From the NCBI GenBank assembly GCA_964409695.1, contig CAYPDX010000004.1:1-45899 (forward strand): a DNA stretch of 45,899 bases, read 5' to 3'. Origin of the DNA: an uncultured Rickettsia sp. GTDB taxonomy: Bacteria; Pseudomonadota; Alphaproteobacteria; Rickettsiales; Rickettsiaceae. Below are positions 9,626 through 17,974 of the stretch, piece after piece. The notes under the pieces were generated by a model. It searched no databases, was not told the origin of the DNA, and saw only the letters and a list, made by a program, of their open reading frames with translations. A program made the translations under genes and the position numbers. The first letter of the stretch is position 1. Every line of letters starts with the position of its first letter.

Positions 9626-9961
9626 TTACTCAATAATTAAAATACCCTTCGCAGTATCTTGATGAAACTCACCATAGAAATTATACTTGCCTGCTTTAAG
9701 AGGCGCAAGCAAGATATTTACTTTTTTATTAGGAGGAACAATTTTCTCACGATTAAAATCCATACTTTCAAATTCTTCAATAGTATCATCTAAATTATGC
9801 ACCACCAATTTTATCCTCCTATTGGTTGGCGCCCTAATCTCGTCTGGTATAAATTTATGATCTTTTATAGATATTTCAATTATTAAAAATTCATCATCGC
9901 TCATGCAAAGACTAGGAAATAATAGAATGAGTGACGCGAAGAAAATTGATAAAAATTTCAT
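9626..9961 (-). CDS. secreted cupredoxin-fold protein (FtrB-like), canonical Cu ligands not evident
   Basis: Signal peptide MKFLSIFFASLILLFPSLCMS. A Cupredoxin_1-like pattern is present: KFIPDEI...IKLVVHNLDD...GKYNFYGEFH...GILIIE. It lies 4 nt upstream of the FTR1 gene. Confidence 0.5.
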   Translation of the reverse strand: MKFLSIFFASLILLFPSLCMSDDEFLIIEISIKDHKFIPDEIRAPTNRRIKLVVHNLDDTIEEFESMDFNREKIVPPNKKVNILLAPLKAGKYNFYGEFHQDTAKGILIIE

Positions 9962-9972
9962 ATAGATTTTAT

Positions 9973-11223
9973 TTAAAATTGTCGTTCTTTTTTACTCATT
10001 ATAAAGAACCCTACGATTCCGATTATAACACATAATAGTATTAGAGAAAAGGAAGTATGGAATGCGGCTTCATCATAAATGAGCTTATCATGACTTTTTG
10101 ACTCAAAAAAACAACGTAAAATTAAACCTATGAAGTAATTAAACAAGAAGCAAAATGACATTATCAACGAATTAATCAATGAGGTTACAACCCCAATCAT
10201 ATGGTTTTTTGAGAACTTATTTCCAAGAGAGAAAGCCGCTACTTGATAACTGCTTAAGAGACCTACTAAAAAGGTTAAAAAATACACTAAATATACAATA
10301 TCAGCATCATATGCAAATAAAGTAAGCATGACTAAAACCTGCATTATCCCCATATAGATAATAAGCTTTGAGAAAGATTTAAAATACTGCGCAATATACC
10401 CTGTTATACTACTTCCAAGACCAAGACCAAGAAATATCAAAGAAACTGCAAAACTTGCATCATCTTGCGTTAGCCCTTTAACCTGAACTAGGTATTTGCC
10501 TGCCCACATATCGGCAAAACCACCCATAGGACCAACCATAAGACCTCCAAGTAATCCAACAATCCATAGTTTTTTATTCGAAAGAGATGATTTAGCTATT
10601 TCAATAATAGAGAGTTTTTGTACAATTTTAGTTTCAGTGTAAGATTTTCTATAAAAAATAAGAATAGCTAGACAAAGGGCAAGAGCTATGTACGTAAGGA
10701 GTAATAACGTTTTTTCAACTCCATATACTGTAAATGATTTAGCAATTGGCGCTCCGCCATAATAGGCTCCAAAAACTCCACAAAAGACAGTAAATCCAAG
10801 AAAAACACTATATTTCTTAGGAAAGAAATCATCGATTGCTTTAACTGACCCTAGAATTCCAGCCAAAGACCCAACCCCTATAAGAATTCTGGAAATATAT
10901 AAATATGTCTTATCTGTTGAATGAATTGTCATTAAAATCCCAATCACACAGGTTAATATACATGCAGCAATAACAAATTTTGGATGAAATTTATCTAATA
11001 AAACCCCAACTGGAATCTGCATTCCAGCGTAGCCAACATAATAAAAACCAGCAAGGAGACCAAATTCTTCTGCATTCATACCTATCTTAACTGTTAGATA
11101 ATCCATCATCATTGCAGGAAGAATCCTAAGCGTCATTTGAAGAGAGTAAAATGTCGCCGCAAGTAGCCAAACGAAAAAATTTATGTATCTAGAATAATAA
11201 GCAGTTTTTATTGTTGCGAACAT
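9973..11223 (-). CDS. MFS transporter
   Basis: 416 aa with about 12 TM segments and an MFS-type loop GVLLDKFHPKFV. Confidence 0.7.
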   Translation of the reverse strand: MFATIKTAYYSRYINFFVWLLAATFYSLQMTLRILPAMMMDYLTVKIGMNAEEFGLLAGFYYVGYAGMQIPVGVLLDKFHPKFVIAACILTCVIGILMTIHSTDKTYLYISRILIGVGSLAGILGSVKAIDDFFPKKYSVFLGFTVFCGVFGAYYGGAPIAKSFTVYGVEKTLLLLTYIALALCLAILIFYRKSYTETKIVQKLSIIEIAKSSLSNKKLWIVGLLGGLMVGPMGGFADMWAGKYLVQVKGLTQDDASFAVSLIFLGLGLGSSITGYIAQYFKSFSKLIIYMGIMQVLVMLTLFAYDADIVYLVYFLTFLVGLLSSYQVAAFSLGNKFSKNHMIGVVTSLINSLIMSFCFLFNYFIGLILRCFFESKSHDKLIYDEAAFHTSFSLILLCVIIGIVGFFIMSKKERQF

Positions 11224-11299
11224 TATTTTGAGAAATGATTGTTACGATGATATTATACGATAAAGGTATATAGTCAATTCAGGAAACTTATTGTACTAT

Positions 11300-12130
11300 T
11301 TAGAACGCTCGGCCCATCTCTTTAATTTCTGACCCCAGCTCTTCGCGAAATGTGGCAATTTTTCTATTTAGAATAAAACCTAAACCAACCTTACTTGTTA
11401 CAAGATTAGCAATCTTATTATCAAAAGGCCATGTCTCTATATTCCCTTTTTTTAACAAATTTTTTGCAAAAGATATATCAAGGATTATAGCGTAACAACC
11501 GTAAAATTCATAAATATTATGAAGTGGTATTAGCAAACCTCTATGACTTAGATCAATCTTATATTTTTCTAACCCATTGCCGTGGGCGTCTAAAAATACT
11601 ACAGAATTTTTTGGCATCTGAATTAATGCACTATTCATTAGGAATGAAAAATCATCTGATAATATTTGAACATCATCTTCGAAAATAACTATTCTATCTA
11701 ATTTCTCTTGAATTGCTTTAATAATAATAGATCTATGGCTACAAGTACAACCTAGCTCACCCGATGTAAATGTATAATCTCCTAGCTTATAAAAGATAAA
11801 ATTTGCTTCTTCCTCTCTACCACAATCAATGTAGTATTTTTTCATTTTCGAGAATTCAAATAATTTATTTTTAAGATCTAGACCTGTGTAAGTAATGTTT
11901 TTTTCTAAGTCAGTTATCAAGATTTTATATCCGTCTACTGCATTAAATCTTTCAAATTTGATATTGTGTGTTTTAAATTGATCTTCAATTGCTTTCATTC
12001 TATCTTGAGCTCTATCAAGATTAATTACGAAAGCTTTGTAATTAATAATTGTACCAGAAGGTTTAGACGTGCACGATGTTAAGATTAAGCATTGCCAAAG
12101 AATAAAGAATCTAAGAAAAAAATTATTCAT
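11300..12130 (-). CDS. glycosyltransferase family 25 (LPS/LOS-type) with N-terminal lipobox-like signal
   Basis: AFVINLDRAQDRMKAIEDQF...FERFNAVDG is the GT25 N-terminal signature, and IFEDD is DXD-like. The N-terminus LILTSC resembles a lipobox. Confidence 0.7.
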   Translation of the reverse strand: MNNFFLRFFILWQCLILTSCTSKPSGTIINYKAFVINLDRAQDRMKAIEDQFKTHNIKFERFNAVDGYKILITDLEKNITYTGLDLKNKLFEFSKMKKYYIDCGREEEANFIFYKLGDYTFTSGELGCTCSHRSIIIKAIQEKLDRIVIFEDDVQILSDDFSFLMNSALIQMPKNSVVFLDAHGNGLEKYKIDLSHRGLLIPLHNIYEFYGCYAIILDISFAKNLLKKGNIETWPFDNKIANLVTSKVGLGFILNRKIATFREELGSEIKEMGRAF

Positions 12131-12143
12131 ATAATTAAAGACT

Positions 12144-12395
12144 CTAGTTCTTAGAGGCTTCTTTTAATAATTCTTTTTCAGCCTTACTAAGATTTTCATT
12201 AGTAGAAGTAACATCAGAATTTTTACTTTCTTTTAAATTATAGTGAGGTGGCATTTCTAAAGGCTTGTTTTTAGTCACTTCATATTCATTAGGCCCCGGA
12301 TTCAGCAGGCCTATTTTATGTTTTGTTTTTGTTGAGCATGAAACCAGTAATAAAGAGAAAAAACTTATAAATAATATTTTTATTATGTTTTTCAT
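12144..12395 (-). CDS. small lipoprotein (DUF3035-like)
   Basis: Lipobox LLLVSC. The GPNEYEV...PLEMPPHYNL pattern is typical of the alphaproteobacterial lipoprotein found next to DUF1013. Confidence 0.55.
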   Translation of the reverse strand: MKNIIKILFISFFSLLLVSCSTKTKHKIGLLNPGPNEYEVTKNKPLEMPPHYNLKESKNSDVTSTNENLSKAEKELLKEASKN

Positions 12396-12955
12396 TTTGC
12401 ACCTTCTTCAGTTTTATTTATTGGCTCTATAGTATTTTTACTTAAGACTTTATCAAGTTCAACTTGAGTACATAGGCCAAGAAGAACAGGATCACGCGGC
12501 CTAATATTTTTGATATTCCAGTGGCTTCTTTCACGTATTCCTGCAATAGTTGTCTTAGTTGTTCCGATTAGTTTTATAATTTGATTATCCTGAATTGTAG
12601 GACAGTTTTTGAGCAACCAATGAATAGCATCAGGTTTATCTTGTCTCCTAGCAACAGGCGTATATTTCGCAGATTTCTTTTTTTTAACAAGATTATGAAG
12701 GCTATTATGTGTAATTTCTAATTTTCTATTAGGGTCTTTCTCGCAGAGATCAATTTCTTCACGTGTTAACTGGTGATTCGTTATAGGGCTCATGCCCACT
12801 ATCCCCTGAGCTACATCACCGTCCGCTATACCTTTAATTTCAAGCTCATGCATAAAACAAAATTCAGCAATTTGTTTGAATGAAAGAGAGGTGTTTTCAA
12901 CAAGCCAAACAGCTGTTGCTTTAGGCATTACAGGAATATTTTTATGTTCTGTCAT
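12392..12955 (-). CDS. DUF1013-family protein (alphaproteobacterial cell-cycle regulator-like)
   Basis: PVMPKATAVWLVENTSLSFKQIAEFCFMHELEIKGIADG is the conserved DUF1013 N-terminus. Confidence 0.7.
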   Translation of the reverse strand: MTEHKNIPVMPKATAVWLVENTSLSFKQIAEFCFMHELEIKGIADGDVAQGIVGMSPITNHQLTREEIDLCEKDPNRKLEITHNSLHNLVKKKKSAKYTPVARRQDKPDAIHWLLKNCPTIQDNQIIKLIGTTKTTIAGIRERSHWNIKNIRPRDPVLLGLCTQVELDKVLSKNTIEPINKTEEGAK

Positions 12956-13047
12956 ATCTTTTATATAAATTCTTTGGAAAGAAAATAAAGGGCAAACTGA
13001 TGAAAGTCAAGGGTTTGGTATAAATTTTAAAAATTCAGGAGGATTAA

Positions 13048-13123
13048 TGGTGAGCCCGCCGGGGTTCGAACCCGGGACCCCCTGATTAAAAGTCAAGTGC
13101 TCTACCGGCTGAGCTACGGGCTC
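13048..13123 (-). tRNA. tRNA-Lys (anticodon UUU), CCA encoded
   Basis: The reverse complement reads gagcccgtagctcagccggtagagcacttgacttttaatcagggggtcccgggttcgaaccccggcgggctcacca. It folds as a cloverleaf with perfect acceptor pairing gagcccg/cgggctc, anticodon loop cTTTTaa, and T-loop ttcgaac. Confidence 0.9.
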
Positions 13124-13225
13124 CTAGTATTTACAGTTAATAGACTATAGATCTCAAGCCCACTAAAAGTGTTTTACTTTATCTACTAAAAACCATAGAA
13201 TGTCAAGCATAATAGAAGGGTACAT

Positions 13226-13954
13226 ATGAAAAATAAAACTTTGGTAATAATCCCATCACGTATAGGGTCAACACGCTTAGCAAGAAAGGCTCTTGCTAAA
13301 ATTGGTACAATAACAATGGTTGAACACGTTGCTCTACAGGTTATAGAATCTGGACTTGATAATATATTTGTAGCAACAGATAGTAGCGATATTTCTAATC
13401 AATTATCCGAGCATAATATAGATTCCATCATGACATCATCAGATTATCAATCTGGTACGGATAGAGTCTATGCTGCTTGGCAGGGCCTCAACAATAAAGA
13501 CCAATTTGAATATATAATAAATGTTCAAGGAGATATGCCTTTTATTGATCCATCAATTATTAGGAAAGTAGCTGAAGTTCTCTGGAGTAGTGAGTGTGAT
13601 ATTGTTACACCTGTTGTTAAAGTAGGAATAGATGATGCTATGCCCGAAAGCAATGTAAAAGCCGTAGCAACTCTTGATAATAAAGCATTATATTTTTCAA
13701 GAAGCCTTATACCAAATGGAGCGACCGAATTTCTTTACCACGTTGGAGTTTATGGATATAAGGCTAAGTCACTTGAAGATTTTGTTAAATTACCAATGAC
13801 ATTTTTAGAAAAATCAGAACGTCTTGAACAATTAAGAGCCTTAGAGAATGGAATGAGCATTGAAATTTGCCATGTAGATACTATTCCCATTTCTGTTGAC
13901 ACTTCAGAAGATTTAGAAAAAGCACGAAATTTCTATGAGAAGGAAGTAAAATAA
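13226..13954 (+). CDS. kdsB: 3-deoxy-manno-octulosonate cytidylyltransferase (CMP-KDO synthetase)
   Basis: IIPSRIGSTRLARKAL, SGTDRV, NVQGDMPF and EQLRALENG motifs. Confidence 0.9.
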   Translation: MKNKTLVIIPSRIGSTRLARKALAKIGTITMVEHVALQVIESGLDNIFVATDSSDISNQLSEHNIDSIMTSSDYQSGTDRVYAAWQGLNNKDQFEYIINVQGDMPFIDPSIIRKVAEVLWSSECDIVTPVVKVGIDDAMPESNVKAVATLDNKALYFSRSLIPNGATEFLYHVGVYGYKAKSLEDFVKLPMTFLEKSERLEQLRALENGMSIEICHVDTIPISVDTSEDLEKARNFYEKEVK

Positions 13955-14712
13955 TGAAAGGGAGTAATAATTGGCAAAACAAATTTTCTTTAGTCAATCT
14001 AGATATAGCCGATAGTACAAATAACGAAGCAAAGCGTTTAGTAGCTAAAAGTCCCAGTAAAAATTTCGTTATCAAAGCTGAGAGGCAAACTGACGGAAGA
14101 GGGCGATATGGCAAAAAATGGGATTCAATAGATGGGAATCTTTTTATGTCAATAATTTTGCCTTGTACTGCGCCGCTTGACATTATGGCACAAATTTCTT
14201 TCGTAACAAGCCTTGCAATAGGGAACGCTATAACCGAGCTTTCAAAAGGTAATAGACCATTATATAATATCGAACTTAAATGGCCTAATGACGTGCTTTT
14301 AAATGACAAGAAAGTTGCTGGAATCTTGCTTGAAGCTGCAGGAAAAACTAATGAGTATCTTGTAATAGGAGTTGGAGTTAATATTAAAAATTCACCAGAT
14401 CTAAAAGATTATAACGCAACATCCTTAATTGCCGAGAATCTTCTATCCGTCGATGCAAGTGAAATGCTAAATGTTCTCATGAAATATTTTGATAAATATT
14501 ATCAACTATGGGAGGAAAAGGATTTCCTGTCTATAAGAGAAAAATGGCTTAAATGCGCAAAGAATCTAAGAAAAGAAATTACTATCGATACGGGAAAATC
14601 AAAAATATCAGGCATTTTCTTAGATATAGATTTTAATGGAGCAATAAGACTTCAACTTAAAAATGGAGAGATAAGAAAGATCCATTCAGGAGAAGTTTAT
14701 TTCGGTGAGTAA
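13954..14712 (+). CDS. birA: biotin--[acetyl-CoA-carboxylase] ligase (class I, no HTH)
   Basis: QTDGRGRYGKKW and KWPNDVLLNDKKVAGILLE motifs. Confidence 0.85.
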   Translation: MKGSNNWQNKFSLVNLDIADSTNNEAKRLVAKSPSKNFVIKAERQTDGRGRYGKKWDSIDGNLFMSIILPCTAPLDIMAQISFVTSLAIGNAITELSKGNRPLYNIELKWPNDVLLNDKKVAGILLEAAGKTNEYLVIGVGVNIKNSPDLKDYNATSLIAENLLSVDASEMLNVLMKYFDKYYQLWEEKDFLSIREKWLKCAKNLRKEITIDTGKSKISGIFLDIDFNGAIRLQLKNGEIRKIHSGEVYFGE

Positions 14713-15406
14713 AAATCCTGTTATTATCTTAGTAAGTCCGCAACTTGGCGAAAATATTGGCTCTTGCGCTAGAGCCATGAAAAATTTCGGATTAAATTCT
14801 CTAAGAATAGTAAATCCAAGGGATGGATGGCCGAATGCAAAAGCTGAAGCCTCAGCAGTTGGCGCCATTGACCTTATAAAATCAGCTGAAATTTATAATA
14901 ATTTAGAAGATGCAATCGCAGATCTTAAATACGTTTATGCAACCACTGGGATTGCTAGAACTATAAATAAAGAATATGTGCTTTCAAAAGAATTTTCGAA
15001 AGATTTTGATCATAATATTAAAACTGGAATTCTATTTGGAAGAGAGAATTGCGGGCTCATGAATGATGAGATTAGCCTTGCTAATAAGATAATTACGATT
15101 GATACAGATCCAAATTTTACATCATTAAATATAGCGCAGGCTGTCCTAGTAGTTTGCTATGAAATATTTAAATCCGTACAGAGGCCAGATCTATTAAATA
15201 AGCAAAACCTAGCCACAAAAGAAGAAATGATGTTTTTTTATGAACATCTAATAAATACTCTTGATCAAGCTAATTTTTTCAAAGTGCCTGAGAAAAAAGA
15301 TCTCATGCAAAGAAATATCATCAATATTTTTTCAAGAATAGAGAAACTATCAAAAACAGAAATACAAACACTCCGCGGTATAGTTAAAGCGTTTGAGCAG
15401 AAATAG
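14705..15406 (+). CDS. trmJ: SpoU/TrmH-family RNA 2'-O-methyltransferase (TrmJ-like)
   Basis: ILVSPQLGENIGSCARAMKNFG, LFGRENCGL and SLNIAQAV motifs, with a GTG start. Confidence 0.75.
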   Translation: MSKNPVIILVSPQLGENIGSCARAMKNFGLNSLRIVNPRDGWPNAKAEASAVGAIDLIKSAEIYNNLEDAIADLKYVYATTGIARTINKEYVLSKEFSKDFDHNIKTGILFGRENCGLMNDEISLANKIITIDTDPNFTSLNIAQAVLVVCYEIFKSVQRPDLLNKQNLATKEEMMFFYEHLINTLDQANFFKVPEKKDLMQRNIINIFSRIEKLSKTEIQTLRGIVKAFEQK

Positions 15407-15442
15407 TAGATTCTGCTCAAAATCTGTTTTACACAACAGAAC

Positions 15443-15542
15443 AAAAACGTTGATTGCACTTTGTCGTTTTGTCAGAATGTCTCATTATCCCGCATTTAGT
15501 GCACCAGTGTCCGGAAAAGAATGTCGAGTATGTGATATAGGT
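15443..15542 (+). repeat. repeat family R1, copy A (about 100 bp)
   Basis: Near-identical in inverted orientation to 40206-40305. The shared sequence is aaaaaYgttgattgca...catcccgcatttagtgcacYagtgtccgg.aaagaatgtcgagtatgtgatataggt. A partial copy lies at 23226-23298. Confidence 0.8.
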
Positions 15543-15836
15543 GTATTATACTGGGTCCCAGATCAAATCTGACAAATGATTTTAAAGGCAGGGTTGCGCA
15601 AGCGTATGCTACATGCGTGAGTAAAGCTGAGTCCTGTAAAAATCGTTGGGATCATTTAAAAATGAGACTTGGTATTATATTGGATAAGAGGAGCAATTTT
15701 CTCGAGCCATACTTACTTAAAACCTCCAATAATAGAGCCTAATATGAATAAAATTTACCAACTAACATTTAGGGAATTTTAATGGCTAAAATCCAAACAA
15801 ATTTATTCCGAACACTGGTGCTCTAAATACGGGATA
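15486..15836. mobile_element. MITE-like non-autonomous element bounded by 31-bp terminal inverted repeats
   Basis: The left TIR is tatcccgcatttagtgcaccagtgtccggaa (15486-15516). The right TIR at 15806-15836 is its reverse complement with 3 mismatches (28/31). There is no ORF inside, and repeat R2 is nested at 15556-15664. Confidence 0.55.
15556..15664 (+). repeat. repeat family R2, long form
   Basis: The sequence tcccagatcaaatctgacaaa...ggcagggttgcgcaagcg...aagctgagtcctg...tcgttgggatcatttaaaaatg matches 44942-45044 in inverted orientation. It also matches the short form at 45788-45836, which lacks the central insert of about 60 bp. Confidence 0.75.
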
Positions 15837-15950
15837 ACTGTATTTTGGGAGTATAAGATTATTACAAAAAACACATCATCATAATTTCACAAAAACCAAC
15901 TAAATTGTTAAATTACTTTAAAAATTACCAAAATTATCTATTAAGATAAC

Positions 15951-15979
15951 TTGACATTTTCTTTCTATTCCTATATAGA
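15951..15979 (+). promoter_or_regulatory. candidate sigma70-type promoter for the ankyrin-repeat gene
   Basis: Consensus -35 TTGACA at 15951-15956, with a TATATA/TATAGA -10 at 15972-15979 (spacer 15-17 nt). A GGAG Shine-Dalgarno sits 7 nt before the ATG at 16064. Confidence 0.3.
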
Positions 15980-16063
15980 CCATTAATATATATTATAATA
16001 TCGCATGATTTTATTAATCTGATGATACATACATATTAGATAATTGTTTTTTACTGGAGAAAT

Positions 16064-17905
16064 ATGAGCAAGTATAGGTTTACAGAATATTTTGGTTATA
16101 AAGAATGGCAAGTAAATGCCTTATTCAAACTAGCAGATCTCTGCGAAGCTCATAAGATTGCTTTCGACGGAGAAGAAATTTCCTTAGATAATCTTTCTCT
16201 AGTACTGGAAGAAGCGAGCACTAAAAAAGATAAAATTAAAAAAAATCTTCACCATATGATTGGTGCAATATTTGATAAAACTATAATTCAAGTTCTTGAT
16301 GAGGAAGATAATCCAATAGAATTTGAAGATAAAGTTGAGATTCTAGAAAAACTAATGGATAAGCTTGGTACTCATATAAATTACGGGAATTATAAAAAAG
16401 ACGGCATCACCTATACCTCATACTTTCCTCCACTAACTACTTTATGCGGAATAGCTAAACCATCAGAGGTAAATTATTTCTTAAATAAATTTCCAGACTA
16501 CGATTTAGATGTAACATTATCCGAGGAATCGCTAATACGAGGTTCAAAAAAGATAAAAAATATCATGTCAGTCGATCATCTCTATCAACGTTTGAGTGAT
16601 TGTAATTATACAGCTTTATTTGCTGCAGTATACGCAGGAAAACCAGACGTTGCTGAAACACTCATAAAATTACGAGCAAATAAAGATTTTAGAGATCCCG
16701 AAAATCAGACGATTCTTCATATTGCTCTATCGAAAGATGACGTTGGAATGTTTAAAACACTCATTAAATTGAATGTTGATTTTACAAAAGTAGATAGTCA
16801 TGGCCTCAGCATCTTAGACGAGGCTATTACTTCAAGAAAAGTAGAAATTGCCAAACTATTAATAGATGCAAAATTTCTTATTAGTCCAGATTCATTCGAA
16901 TATACAAGTTTGGATGTTAATAATCCGAATACAGCAGGTATAACATCAGTTATTTACTCATTGCTAAATTGTGTAGAAACATTTAGCCATATGATAAGAA
17001 GAGGAAAAGTTAAAACATCCGATATTAAAGACTTTGTGAAATACTTTGAGATTTTGCAAAATCCAGAATCCTCTGAAGAGACTAAATTAATTGGATACGA
17101 ATTATGCAATAGATTTAAAATAGCTGACTATAGACAAGATAAAATTGATACTACACTATCAATTATTTGTAAAAATATCAGGTCCGCGCTTAAAAAACAC
17201 CTTCCATCTATTAATCCTAAAATAGCATTTGAATTTGCTATATGGGATCATGAGATTATTAATGAGGAAATAAAATTAGCTCTTTTTGCAAGAGCTGAGG
17301 CTTCCGAAGATCTTAATATTTTGGATGAGATATTAGATTATTATCTCACTCAGAGTAATCTAACTGGCTATGAAAAAGCAGCTCGTGTTGTTGATAAGCT
17401 AATCAAGCAAGGTGCCGAAGACGATAAAGAATTTGCTCTTATAAGAGCCATTAGAGAATTTGAAATCGAAACAGGCCCTTATAGGAAAGATTTTAATTTA
17501 TTGATAGAAGAAAAGGTAAAATTTTCTGAATATGCAGATAAAGCAATTTCAAAAACTCAAGCCAGGAAAATTACTCCAATTTTCAAAATACTCTCAAAAA
17601 TGGATCAAGCATTTGTAAAAGAAGCTGAAAAAAAAGTGATGGAACAAATAGTTTTTATTCTCCCCGAATTGGCACCTCAGGTTGAAAAATCAGCTATTGA
17701 AGAAGAAGCTGCAAGCTTTATTGATACTGATGATGCCGCGCTCTCAGAGGCTATAAGTAAATATGAAAGAGAACTACTCAAAAAGGAAGGTGTTACTGAT
17801 CTAAAATCTATGAAATTGCTTAGAGATGAGTTTGCTTCATATAAGACGAAAGAAATATCAAAAAAAGAAGCTAAAACCTTCGGAAAACTTATTGATATCT
17901 TATAA
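16064..17905 (+). CDS. ankyrin-repeat protein, N-terminal part of an interrupted reading frame of about 1,100 codons
   Basis: There are 3-4 ANK repeats, for example NYTALFAAVYAGKPDVAETLIKLRANKDF, NQTILHIALSKDDVGMFKTLIKLNVDF and HGLSILDEAITSRKVEIAKLLIDAKF (about nt 16604-16874). It ends at TAA 17903-17905, in the same frame as the next ORF. Confidence 0.7.
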   Translation: MSKYRFTEYFGYKEWQVNALFKLADLCEAHKIAFDGEEISLDNLSLVLEEASTKKDKIKKNLHHMIGAIFDKTIIQVLDEEDNPIEFEDKVEILEKLMDKLGTHINYGNYKKDGITYTSYFPPLTTLCGIAKPSEVNYFLNKFPDYDLDVTLSEESLIRGSKKIKNIMSVDHLYQRLSDCNYTALFAAVYAGKPDVAETLIKLRANKDFRDPENQTILHIALSKDDVGMFKTLIKLNVDFTKVDSHGLSILDEAITSRKVEIAKLLIDAKFLISPDSFEYTSLDVNNPNTAGITSVIYSLLNCVETFSHMIRRGKVKTSDIKDFVKYFEILQNPESSEETKLIGYELCNRFKIADYRQDKIDTTLSIICKNIRSALKKHLPSINPKIAFEFAIWDHEIINEEIKLALFARAEASEDLNILDEILDYYLTQSNLTGYEKAARVVDKLIKQGAEDDKEFALIRAIREFEIETGPYRKDFNLLIEEKVKFSEYADKAISKTQARKITPIFKILSKMDQAFVKEAEKKVMEQIVFILPELAPQVEKSAIEEEAASFIDTDDAALSEAISKYERELLKKEGVTDLKSMKLLRDEFASYKTKEISKKEAKTFGKLIDIL

Positions 17906-17974
17906 AGGATTGATGTAGATTTTATAAAAGAAGAGGAAGCAATTGTAATTGAAAAATTTAAAACACTTTTCAAT

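Noticed and set aside
11224-11299. Fur-box-like sequence upstream of the MFS-cupredoxin-FTR1 gene string
   Set aside because: There is only a vague AT-rich resemblance (tgattgttacgatgatattat) to the GATAATGATAATCATTATC consensus. This cannot be distinguished from background in such AT-rich DNA.
15486-15836. Autonomous insertion sequence or transposase
   Set aside because: No ORF of meaningful length lies between the terminal inverted repeats, and no transposase-like ORF occurs anywhere in the window. The unit is called a non-autonomous MITE-like element only.
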